Below, piece by piece: positions 24,140 through 32,821 of a stretch of DNA of 41,672 bases (its first letter is position 1; each line of letters begins with the position of its first letter). A model generated the notes under the pieces. It searched no databases. It worked only from the letters and a program-made list of their open reading frames with translations, and was not told the DNA's origin. Source of the DNA: a virus. Its lineage: Duplodnaviria; Caudoviricetes. Both the position numbers and the translations under genes were made by a program. The stretch spans positions 1-41,672 of IMG/VR virus record IMGVR_UViG_3300011439_000006; one strand, 5' to 3'.

Positions 24140-26499
24140 CCGGCGCGTCGGCGTCGGCGGATCCTCCGGCCCTGCGGGTGGCGAAGACGGCGGTGGCGAT
24201 CGGCTGGTCGGTCATCCCCGTCCCGTCCCGCTCAAAGAACCCCAACCGGGCCGGCTGGCAGAAGGAGCGCCACGCCGAGCGCGAGCTCCCCCGCGTCTTC
24301 GCCCAGGCCGACGTGAACTGCGGGCTCCTGCTCGGGAACCCCTCCGGCGGCGTGGTGGACGTCGACCTGGACACCCCCGCCGCGGCGCAGCTGGGGTCGC
24401 TCTGGCTGCCGCCCACCGGGGCCGTCTACGGGCGGCCCTCGGCCCCCGCCTCGCACCGGCTCTACGTCCCGACGGCGGGCCTGCGCACGGAGAAGTTCCT
24501 GGACCCCACCGCGCCACCCGGGGGGACGCAGAAGGCGACCCTGGTGGAGCTGCGCTCGACCGGGGGCCACTCGCTGCTGCCCGGGAGCGCGCACCCCTCG
24601 GGAGAGCCGTACCGCTGGGAGGCGGGCGGCCCCCCGGAGGCGATCCCGGACGCGGACGCGGTCGAGGCCGCGCTCCTGCCTGGCCTGGTGCGCCGGGTGG
24701 CGGCGGGCGCCCTGCTGGCCTCGCTCTGGACGGACGGGCGCCGGCACTTCCTGGCCCTGGACGTGGCGGGGGTGCTCCTCTCGAGTGGGTGGGGGCTGGA
24801 CGAGACGGGCGACTTCCTGTGTACGGTGGCCCTGGTCGCCGGGGACCAGGAGCACGCCGAGCGGCGGACGGACGTGGCGACGACCTGGCAGCGCCTGGCA
24901 GCGGGCCAGGCCATCACCGGGATCCCGGAGCTGGCCCGCAAGCTGGGCTCGAAGGTGGTCGACGACCTGAAGGACTGGCTGGGCGTGGCGGGCGCCTCGG
25001 CAGGCGGCACGACCGCCCAGTCCGTCCAGGGCATCCCCGTGGGACCCGCCCCCTCGAGCCCTCCACCGACGCCTCCTTCACCCGGACCGGCGCCCACACC
25101 AGCGGCGCCGAAGCCGCGCCGCCCGCGCGCGCCAGCGGGGACGCCTGCCCTGGCCAGCGGGGAGGTGGTCTACGAGCTCGCGGGGCGCCTCCTGGCCGGC
25201 CACCACTTCGCGCTGGAGGCGGAGGACGGCAGCGCCCTCTACGTCTACGAGGGGGGCGTGTACCGCCGGGGGGGCGAGCGCTTCGTCCGGGGGTGGGTGA
25301 TCCAGGAGCTCGACGACGCCGGCTTGCGGCACCACTGGACGCCCGACCTGTGGAAGGGGGTGGCGGAGCACCTGCGGGCCCAGGCGCCCGTCCTGTGGCC
25401 CCGCCCGCCCGACGACACGCTGAACCTCAAGAACGGCCTCCTGCGCCTGTCTCAGACGGCCACCGGGGTCACCGCGCAGCTGGCGCCCCACTCGCCCCGG
25501 CACCTCGCCGCGGTGCAGCTGCCCGTGGACTACGACCCGGCGGCGGACTGCCCGGCCACGGAGCGCTTCTACGCCCAGGTGCTCGAGTCCGACGTCTTCC
25601 TGGCGGGGGTGCACTGGGAGGTGTACGCCTCGGTGGCGGTGCCCATGGCCCGCTTGCAGGAGTGCGTGCTCTTCCTCGGGGAGGGGTCGAACGGGAAGAG
25701 CCGGGCGATCGCCGCCCTGCGCGCCTTCGTCGGGCGCCAGAACACCCGCTCCCTGTCCCTGCGGAGGCTCGAGCACGACCGCTTCGCCGTCGCCGGCCTG
25801 GTCAACAAGGTGGCCAACCTGTGCCCCGACCTGCCCACGGCCACCGTCACCGAGACCGCCGTGTTCAAGGCCCTCACGGTGGGGGACACGCTGACGGGCG
25901 AGCGCAAGTTCGAGCCGGACTTCGACTTCGACCCCTTCTGCCGCCTGGTCTTCTCCGCCAACAACCTGCCCGCGGCGCGGGACGCCTCCGAGGGCTACCT
26001 CCGCCGGTACCTCATCCTCAGCTTCCCCCGCGCCTTCCCGCGGAAGGGGCGCGGGTGGCGCCGGCCGGAGGACCTGGACGCGGAGCTCTCCTCGGCGCAG
26101 GAGCAGTCGGGGGTGCTCAACCGGGTGGTGGCGGTGTGGGCGCGCCTGCGCCGGGACGGCTTCACCTCCACGCCCAGCATGGAGGAGGCCGCCGCGGGCT
26201 TCCGAGAGGCGGTCGACCCCCTGGCGGCCTGGCTCGACCGCTCCACCCGGGAGGACCCCGCGGGCTTCCTCCCCAAGTCTGACCTGTGGCGGGCCTATAA
26301 CGAGGACTGCCGGCGGGGCAAGCGGCCGGTGATCACCGAGACGGCCTTCTCCCTGCGCCTGAAGAAGCTGCGACCGGGGATCGCGGAGGGGCAGCGCACC
26401 GTCCCGGGGCCCGGCGGGGGGAAGGCGCGCCCCCCGTGCTGGCTGGGCCTCAACTGGCGCGGATCGGCGGGGCTGAGCGGCCTGGGGGGTGTCCCATGA
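24136..26499 (+). CDS. Bifunctional primase-polymerase fused to D5/P4-type SF3 helicase
   Basis: WSVIPV, NCGLLLG, VDVDLD, SHRLY, LPGSAHPSG; LNLKNG, Walker A GEGSNGKS, FKALTVGD, FSANNLP, RRYLILSF. Confidence 0.92.
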   Translation: MTGASASADPPALRVAKTAVAIGWSVIPVPSRSKNPNRAGWQKERHAERELPRVFAQADVNCGLLLGNPSGGVVDVDLDTPAAAQLGSLWLPPTGAVYGRPSAPASHRLYVPTAGLRTEKFLDPTAPPGGTQKATLVELRSTGGHSLLPGSAHPSGEPYRWEAGGPPEAIPDADAVEAALLPGLVRRVAAGALLASLWTDGRRHFLALDVAGVLLSSGWGLDETGDFLCTVALVAGDQEHAERRTDVATTWQRLAAGQAITGIPELARKLGSKVVDDLKDWLGVAGASAGGTTAQSVQGIPVGPAPSSPPPTPPSPGPAPTPAAPKPRRPRAPAGTPALASGEVVYELAGRLLAGHHFALEAEDGSALYVYEGGVYRRGGERFVRGWVIQELDDAGLRHHWTPDLWKGVAEHLRAQAPVLWPRPPDDTLNLKNGLLRLSQTATGVTAQLAPHSPRHLAAVQLPVDYDPAADCPATERFYAQVLESDVFLAGVHWEVYASVAVPMARLQECVLFLGEGSNGKSRAIAALRAFVGRQNTRSLSLRRLEHDRFAVAGLVNKVANLCPDLPTATVTETAVFKALTVGDTLTGERKFEPDFDFDPFCRLVFSANNLPAARDASEGYLRRYLILSFPRAFPRKGRGWRRPEDLDAELSSAQEQSGVLNRVVAVWARLRRDGFTSTPSMEEAAAGFREAVDPLAAWLDRSTREDPAGFLPKSDLWRAYNEDCRRGKRPVITETAFSLRLKKLRPGIAEGQRTVPGPGGGKARPPCWLGLNWRGSAGLSGLGGVP

Positions 26500-26522
26500 G
26501 GGGCCGGTGTGGGGCGCAGACC

Positions 26523-26726
26523 TGCAAGGGGTTTGGCCTCTTGCGCAAGGGGCCCGTATCTGGGCGCAAGGGGTGCAAGGGGTTTTGGGGCCCTATTGTT
26601 CTCACCTACGTTCCTCTCCCCTTCCCTCGCGCGCGCGTAAATAGCGTGGCCAAACCCCTTGCACCCCTTGCGTTGGGCGCTCTACCAGATCGGGACCGTG
26701 CGCGATCGGGGCCCCAAACCCCTTGC
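26523..26726. repeat. Inverted iteron array, probable replication origin
   Basis: GCAAGGGG at 26524, 26545, 26566, 26575; CCCCTTGC at 26655, 26664, 26719; perfect 21-bp IR 26565-26585/26652-26672. Confidence 0.8.
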
Positions 26727-26749
26727 GCGGCGGGCCCCACGAGGGGGTC

Positions 26750-27715
26750 ATGGTGACCGCCGACCAGGAGCAGGGGGCCGTCACGGGCATGACCAAGGAC
26801 GAGGCCGCGGCGCTGGGGCGGGAGGTGAGCGCCACCGCCGGCTTCCGGGGCCACTTGCAGCGCCTGGCGGGTGGGTCGCCGGACGGCCCGTCCTGGGCGC
26901 TGCGGGTGGCGTCGGTCCTCACCGGCGGGGGCGGCCTGGTGCGCTCCCGGGAGGCCTGGGAGCGCTACCACGAGCGGGCGCAGCGGGAGGTGCGGGCGAT
27001 GGTCGACGCGAAGAGCAGGGACGGCACGCTGTGGGGGGCGCCGAGTGAAGCCGGCCGGGTCGCCGGCGCGGTGGTCGCCGGGTCCTCGACCGGTCTGGAG
27101 GTGACCATGAGCGCCGAGGGGCCCACCGTGGTGCCGGACTTCCTGGGCGATCCTGCAGGGCAGCGGGCTGCCCCCGCTGGCCCCCCGCAGGTCGCGCAAG
27201 GGGCGCCGGGCGACCAGTCGCCTCGAAGGGCGCCAGAGGCGCCACGCGGGGAGCGCCACGACCTGAGCGACTGGCGGGCCTACACGCTGGAGGCGATCGC
27301 CCAGGCCGAGCGGGACGCGGCGCGCCTGACGCGCCAGGCGGCGGAGAAGCAGGCCCAGGCCACCCGGCGCCGGCGCCAGGCCCGGGAGCTGCGCCGGGCC
27401 CTGGGGGTGGTGCAGGACGTGGACGGCGACGCGCCCGCGGCTGCGCCGTCCGGCGGCGCACCCGCCGGACGGCGCAGCCGCGGGCGGGTGCTGGCGTGGG
27501 CCCAGGCGCACGACGGGGAGCTGGTGGTGGCGGCCTGCGCCCAGGACCTGGGCCTGTCGGGCGAGCAGGTGAGCGACGCGGCCTCCCAGGCCTCCCGAGA
27601 GGGGCGCCTGGAGCGGGTGGGCCAGGGGCGCTACCAGGTGGCCGGCTCGGCGCCCGGGGCCGGCGCCGAGGTGGGGCCTCCCGGCCGCGGTACCCTGGAG
27701 CCCCAGGAGGGCTGA
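26750..27715 (+). CDS. Hypothetical protein with coiled coil and C-terminal winged-helix-like domain; possible internal start 27107
   Basis: ACAQDLGLSGEQVSDAASQASREGRLERVGQGRY; GGAGGTG before ATG 27107. Confidence 0.6.
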   Translation: MVTADQEQGAVTGMTKDEAAALGREVSATAGFRGHLQRLAGGSPDGPSWALRVASVLTGGGGLVRSREAWERYHERAQREVRAMVDAKSRDGTLWGAPSEAGRVAGAVVAGSSTGLEVTMSAEGPTVVPDFLGDPAGQRAAPAGPPQVAQGAPGDQSPRRAPEAPRGERHDLSDWRAYTLEAIAQAERDAARLTRQAAEKQAQATRRRRQARELRRALGVVQDVDGDAPAAAPSGGAPAGRRSRGRVLAWAQAHDGELVVAACAQDLGLSGEQVSDAASQASREGRLERVGQGRYQVAGSAPGAGAEVGPPGRGTLEPQEG

Positions 27716-27716
27716 G

Positions 27717-28082
27717 GTGCCTGAGAACCCGTCGGTAACCCGGGGCCCCAGTGGCCGGTTCCTGCCCGGGAACACCGGGAACGGGGGAGGACGCCCGCGG
27801 GGCCTGGCGGCGCTGGTGCAGGCCGAGACGCGGGACGGGGCGGAGCTGGTGGCCTTCATGCTGCGCGTCCTGCGGGGGGAGCGGCACCCCACCGTGCTGC
27901 GGCTGCAGGCGGCGCAGTGGCTGGCCGACCGGGGCTTCGGCAAGGCGGTGCAGACGGTGGAGGTGGACGCCTCCGTCGACGCCACCGTCACCCATCGGGA
28001 GGCCCTGCGGGCCCACGTGGACGAGGCCGATGTGGAGCGCCTCACCCGGGCGCTGTTGGGGAGCGATGACCGCGACCGCTGA
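27717..28082 (+). CDS. terS: Terminase small subunit
   Basis: GRFLPGNTGNGGGRPRG, LADRGFGKAVQ; directly upstream of terL. Confidence 0.75.
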   Translation: MPENPSVTRGPSGRFLPGNTGNGGGRPRGLAALVQAETRDGAELVAFMLRVLRGERHPTVLRLQAAQWLADRGFGKAVQTVEVDASVDATVTHREALRAHVDEADVERLTRALLGSDDRDR

Positions 28083-29553
28083 GGCCGCCTTGGCCCCCGC
28101 GGCCGCGGGCACGTGGGACGCGGTGGCTCTCGAGTTAGCCAGAAGGCGCCCGGAGGTGTACGCCCTGGTGGCCCACGGCCTGCGCCCGGCGCGGCACCAC
28201 CTGGCCTGGCTCGCCGCCCTGCGGGAGACGGTGCAGACCCCCGGCGGGCGCCTCTTGCTCATCGCCCCGCCGGGGACGGCCAAGAGCACCTACACCAGCC
28301 TCATGCTGCCGCTGTGGTATCTCGGGAACCACCCGGACCGGGCGGTGCTGGCGATCACCTCCAGCGACGTGATGGCGAGCGAGTTTCATGGCGTGGTCGA
28401 CGTGGCCCTGCGCCAGAACGGCGCCCACCGGGCCGTGTTTCCCCAGGACGCGGGGCGGCCCGACCCGGCCCGGGGCTGGTCGCAGGACGGGCTCTACCTC
28501 GAGGGCGTGCCCCCGGGGGTGAAAGACCCCTCCTACCGCGTCTCCGGCTTCGGCTCGTCGGTCATCGGCAGCCGTTGCCACTTGCTCCTCCTGGACGACC
28601 CGGTGACGCAGGAGACGGCCCAGAGCGAGGCCGAGATGCGCCGGGTGCGCCGGGTGCTGGACCTCACCCTGCTGACCCGCCTGCACCCGCAGGGCAGCGC
28701 GGTGGCGATCATGACCCGCTGGGGGGAGGCCGACCTGGCCGCCCACCTCCTCTCCCAGGGCTGGCGCGCCGAGGTGTGGCCCCAGCTCTCCGAGGCCTAC
28801 CCGGGAGCCGAGCGCGACGGTGAGGGTCGGGCCTCCCTGTGGCCGCGGCGCTTCCCGCTGGCCTGGGTGGAGGGGGAGCGCGCCCGGCTGGGCACGGCGC
28901 AGTTCGAGCTGGTGCACCAGGGCAACCCCCTGCTCATGGGGGGCAACGTCTACCGCGCGGCCGAGTGGTTCCGCCCGCTGCCGCCGAGCTTCCTGACCGA
29001 GATCGCGCCGCGGGCGGTGCGGATGATGTACGTCGACACCGCGTTTAGCGAGAAGACCGCCGCCGACTACACGTGCGCCGTCACCGTGGCCTACGACCCC
29101 CGCGACCCGCAGCGCCGCCTCTACGTGGTGGGCCTGTTCCGGAAGCAGATCAACGAGGACGGCCTGGCCGCCGCGCTCGCGGAGCACATCCTGGTGCACC
29201 GGCCCGACGCCGTCGGGGTGGAACTGCCCGCTTTCCGCCAGGAGGCCACCCAGGGGATGCTGCTGGAGCTGGGGCAGCGGCTCTCCGGGCGCCACCCGGT
29301 GGTGGTCACAGCCGTCCGGGTGTCCACGGACAAGACCGTGCGCGCCCGCCTGCCCGCCGCCCGGGGCGAGGCCGGCCTCCTGTACGTCGACAAGCAGCTG
29401 CCGGAGTGGCCCACCGCCGAGCGCGAGCTGCTGGGCTTCCCCGTGGCGGCCCACGATGACGTCTCGGACGCCCTGGCCGGGGCGACGGTGATGGCCCTGG
29501 GGCCGGTGGGGCAGCAGGCCAGCGAGCGGCCCCAGAAGGTCAGGTTCGGGTAG
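28066..29553 (+). CDS. terL: Terminase large subunit
   Basis: LIAPPGTAKS (Walker A), LLLLDDP (Walker B), IMTRW..DL, YVDTA..ADY, FP...HDDVSDA. Confidence 0.93.
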   Translation: MTATAEAALAPAAAGTWDAVALELARRRPEVYALVAHGLRPARHHLAWLAALRETVQTPGGRLLLIAPPGTAKSTYTSLMLPLWYLGNHPDRAVLAITSSDVMASEFHGVVDVALRQNGAHRAVFPQDAGRPDPARGWSQDGLYLEGVPPGVKDPSYRVSGFGSSVIGSRCHLLLLDDPVTQETAQSEAEMRRVRRVLDLTLLTRLHPQGSAVAIMTRWGEADLAAHLLSQGWRAEVWPQLSEAYPGAERDGEGRASLWPRRFPLAWVEGERARLGTAQFELVHQGNPLLMGGNVYRAAEWFRPLPPSFLTEIAPRAVRMMYVDTAFSEKTAADYTCAVTVAYDPRDPQRRLYVVGLFRKQINEDGLAAALAEHILVHRPDAVGVELPAFRQEATQGMLLELGQRLSGRHPVVVTAVRVSTDKTVRARLPAARGEAGLLYVDKQLPEWPTAERELLGFPVAAHDDVSDALAGATVMALGPVGQQASERPQKVRFG

Positions 29554-29998
29554 GGTCCGGCGTTGGTGTGGCTCGCCCGCGCGATCGCAGGCCCGGCGGC
29601 GGCGTCGTCGGCGCGGCGTCCACTGCCTGGCGGAGCAGCGTCTCGGCCAGCCAACCGTGCTCCTCGCCCGTCGTCAGCAGGGAGTGGGGGAGCGGGATCG
29701 CCGCGTAGTACACACGGCCGTCCGGCGGGGGGAGCGCGCGCGTGAGCACCACGACGACGGTGTCCTCGACGGTCTCGCGGTCGGTGATCTCGAGCAGGTC
29801 CTCCTGCCCGGTGACATGGTGCCAGCCCGCGTAGCTCAACACCGTCACCTTCCGGAACCCGTCGTGCTGCCACTCCGGGCGCTCGCGGAGGGCCACGCCG
29901 AGCCACGCGATGAACGGCAGGAGCTCGTCGTCGAGCCAGCGGTCGCCCTCCCAGACGGGGGGCGGGCCGGGGTCGAATGCGGGGGGCTCGGGGGCCAT
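29540..29998 (-). CDS. Hypothetical moron-like gene, antisense between terL and portal
   Basis: G/C-ending codons on the minus strand; TATCCT 9 nt before ATG. Confidence 0.65.
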   Translation of the reverse strand: MAPEPPAFDPGPPPVWEGDRWLDDELLPFIAWLGVALRERPEWQHDGFRKVTVLSYAGWHHVTGQEDLLEITDRETVEDTVVVVLTRALPPPDGRVYYAAIPLPHSLLTTGEEHGWLAETLLRQAVDAAPTTPPPGLRSRGRATPTPDPTRT

Positions 29999-30093
29999 GG
30001 TCGGTGCAGGATACGCCCGCTTGCAGCACGGCCGTATCATGGGCGCACAGGACGCGGGGTACAGGGCCGCCTCCGGGTAGGAGGCTGCTGCCC

Positions 30094-32373
30094 TTGGCCG
30101 AACGCCGCCGCTCCCAGGGGAACCCTGACCGACGCGCCCGTTCCTCGGCTTCGCCGTCGGCGAGCGAGGAGCGCACCTCCCCGCCCCGGGCTACCAGCGC
30201 TGTCGACGACGCCCGGGCCGCCGCCGAAGCCGGCGAGATCCTGGATCAGCTCCGGGCCGACTTCGGCGAGCGCGACCGCCTCTACGAGGCCACCGAGAAG
30301 GTGCTCTGGAGCGAGTACACGCTCAACGTGCCGGACGCCTACCGCACCACCACGCAGGAGATCCGCTCCCCCATCCAGCTGAACGTCGTCAACACCATCT
30401 CCGCCGCGCTCTCCGTCAACCCGCAGAACATCAACTTCGAACCGTTAGGCCAGACGCAGAAGGCGGAGCTGAACTCCGAGCTGCGGGAGCACTTCTTCGA
30501 GGCCTCCTGGCGGCGCCAGGAGCAGGAGGCCCGGCGCCAGCTGCTGCGCCTGTTCCTGTGGAGCCTGGTGACCAAGGGCGAGGGCGTGCTCAAGACCGTG
30601 GAGCGCACCCGGCGCTGGGCCGGCTACACCAACTACAGCCGGCGCCTCAAAACCGAGCTCGACGCCGACGGCGCGCTCACCGCCGAGCAGCGGGGCGAGC
30701 GCTACGACTCCCAGACGGAGGTCTACAAGCAGGGCGCGCCCTACCCCATCACGTCGACCGACGTGCCCCCCGAGTCCTTCTACTACTTCCGCAGCCCCGA
30801 CGGCGACCGCTACGTAGCTGAGGTGCAGGACGTCCCCTACATCGAGGCCCTCGACCGCTTCGGGGCCGGCCTGGACGGCAGCGGCAACGTGGTGCGCGAG
30901 GAGGCCATGGGCCTGCCCCGCCCCGAGTGGAGCCGGGCCATGGCGGGTACCTCCGTCCTCACGCTCGCAGAACTGTGGGACTGGCGATCGTGTAGGTACC
31001 TCCTGCTGGGGCCCAACCAACTGGCCCGCAAGCAGGGGCGCGGGCTGGGCCGGGGCACGCTGGTGCGCCGCCTGGGGCGCCACGGGTACGGCGACCCCTG
31101 GACGAAGACGCTGCGGGGCCCCTACTTCCACGCCCTGGGCATCACCACCGCCTCCCGCCTCCCGGAGCGCGCCGGGCTGTCCGTGCTGTTCCCCTTCCTG
31201 TCCCTCTTCCGGGCCCTGGACTCGTACCTGACCATCCAGAGCAACGCCGCGTACCTGACCGGCTACCCCAGCTTCAAGCGCACCCAGCCCCCGGGGGCCA
31301 CCCTGGCCGCCTCGCTGGGGCAGGTGGCCGGCCCCCAGGTGGCCCCCTTCGGGCTGGACGGCAGCGAGCGGGACGCGCTCGCGGCGCAGACGGCGACGAT
31401 CCAGCCGGGCACCATCTACCCCTGGGACGTCGGGCCGATCGACCCGCCCCGCTCGGGGGTGGACATCGACAAGATCATCACCCAGATCCGGGGCTTCCTG
31501 GAACTGGCCCTGCCCAGCGTGGTGCAGGGCGTGGTGTCCGGGGACGAGAGCGGGTACGCGCTCAACCAGGCGGCGCACCTGGCGCGCCTGGCGTGGGACC
31601 CCATCATCGCCAACGCCGAGGTGGCCCTCTCTGAGCGCGTCTCCTTCGAGAGCTGGCTGATCGAGAAGAAGATCGGGGAGCGGGTCTACTCGTGGGGGCC
31701 GACGCCCGGCACCGGGGCCCGCCTGCGCCGGCCCCTGGCCACCGCCCAGGCCGGGCCCTCGGGCTGGCTGGGGGTGGGGCCGGACGAGCTGCAGGGGGCG
31801 CACCGCTATACGGTCAAGCTTGACCCGGAGACGCCCAGCAACAAGACGCTGGAGATCCGGGCCCACGTGGAGATGGTCAAGGCCGGCTTCGAGACCACGG
31901 CCATGGCCATCGAGGCCCTGGGGGGCGACCCCGGGGAGGTGGAGCGCGGGCTCCTCATCGAGAACCTCAAGCGCTCGCCCCAGATCCAGGAGCGCCTGAT
32001 GCAGCGGGTGTGGCAGCGCCTGGGGATGGGCGACCAGCAGCAGCTGCAGCAGATCGGCGCGGGACCGAACGGGGCGCCCCGGCTGCCCCCGGAGCTGGCG
32101 GCGATGCTGGCCGGCGGCGGTGGTCCGGGAGGCCCCGGAGGGCCGCCGGGCCTGGGCGGACCGTCCCAGGGCGGGATCGGCCTGCCCTCCCCCATCTCCC
32201 CCGGCAACGGGATGCCCCTCACCCCGACGCCTCAGGGGAGCGTGTCCGGCTTCGGGCCGGCGGGCCGCGCGGCGGTGCAGAACGGCGCTACCGGACTTCC
32301 GTCAAATCCGGCGGGCGGTCCGGTGCAGCCGAACGTGCCGGCGAACAGCATCCCCCTGCCGGGGCAGGGATAG
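30094..32373 (+). CDS. Portal protein
   Basis: About 760 aa after terL; AGGAGG before TTG 30094; GDESGYALNQ motif; Gly/Pro-rich tail. Confidence 0.8.
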   Translation: MAERRRSQGNPDRRARSSASPSASEERTSPPRATSAVDDARAAAEAGEILDQLRADFGERDRLYEATEKVLWSEYTLNVPDAYRTTTQEIRSPIQLNVVNTISAALSVNPQNINFEPLGQTQKAELNSELREHFFEASWRRQEQEARRQLLRLFLWSLVTKGEGVLKTVERTRRWAGYTNYSRRLKTELDADGALTAEQRGERYDSQTEVYKQGAPYPITSTDVPPESFYYFRSPDGDRYVAEVQDVPYIEALDRFGAGLDGSGNVVREEAMGLPRPEWSRAMAGTSVLTLAELWDWRSCRYLLLGPNQLARKQGRGLGRGTLVRRLGRHGYGDPWTKTLRGPYFHALGITTASRLPERAGLSVLFPFLSLFRALDSYLTIQSNAAYLTGYPSFKRTQPPGATLAASLGQVAGPQVAPFGLDGSERDALAAQTATIQPGTIYPWDVGPIDPPRSGVDIDKIITQIRGFLELALPSVVQGVVSGDESGYALNQAAHLARLAWDPIIANAEVALSERVSFESWLIEKKIGERVYSWGPTPGTGARLRRPLATAQAGPSGWLGVGPDELQGAHRYTVKLDPETPSNKTLEIRAHVEMVKAGFETTAMAIEALGGDPGEVERGLLIENLKRSPQIQERLMQRVWQRLGMGDQQQLQQIGAGPNGAPRLPPELAAMLAGGGGPGGPGGPPGLGGPSQGGIGLPSPISPGNGMPLTPTPQGSVSGFGPAGRAAVQNGATGLPSNPAGGPVQPNVPANSIPLPGQG

Positions 32374-32385
32374 AGGGGATACCAG

Positions 32386-32820
32386 ATGGGCTCCCGAGCG
32401 CTGCGTTCCTCGAGGCTGCCCCGACTGGTGCCGGCGGCGAAGCCGGACTCGCTGGAGGGGGTCGCCGACGAGATCGCGGAGTGGGTGGCCACCACCGGGG
32501 ACGCCATCGCCGACGGGCTGCTGCAGAGCAACCAGGCCCCGTTCGCCGCCCCGGCGTCGCAGCGCGAGCTCTCGGAGTTCTACGGGCGCACCCTGTTCGG
32601 CCCGCAGGGGCTCCCGCTGGCGCCGGCGTGGCAGGCGGAGTTCCAGCGGGTGGGCGCCCGGGGCCTGGTGGAGGCCGTGCAGGGGGGCGCCGCCTGGCGC
32701 CGGGAGCAGGGCCTGCCGGTCCACCTCCCACCGCCCGCTGGCCCCCCGCCGCGCCCCGCCGAGGCGCCACACGCCACTCGGGGGGCGCAGGACGCCACAC
32801 CCGCCGCGCAGGAGGAGTGA
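32386..32820 (+). CDS. Hypothetical virion-region protein
   Basis: Codon bias, operon position. Confidence 0.6.
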   Translation: MGSRALRSSRLPRLVPAAKPDSLEGVADEIAEWVATTGDAIADGLLQSNQAPFAAPASQRELSEFYGRTLFGPQGLPLAPAWQAEFQRVGARGLVEAVQGGAAWRREQGLPVHLPPPAGPPPRPAEAPHATRGAQDATPAAQEE

Positions 32821-32821
32821 G

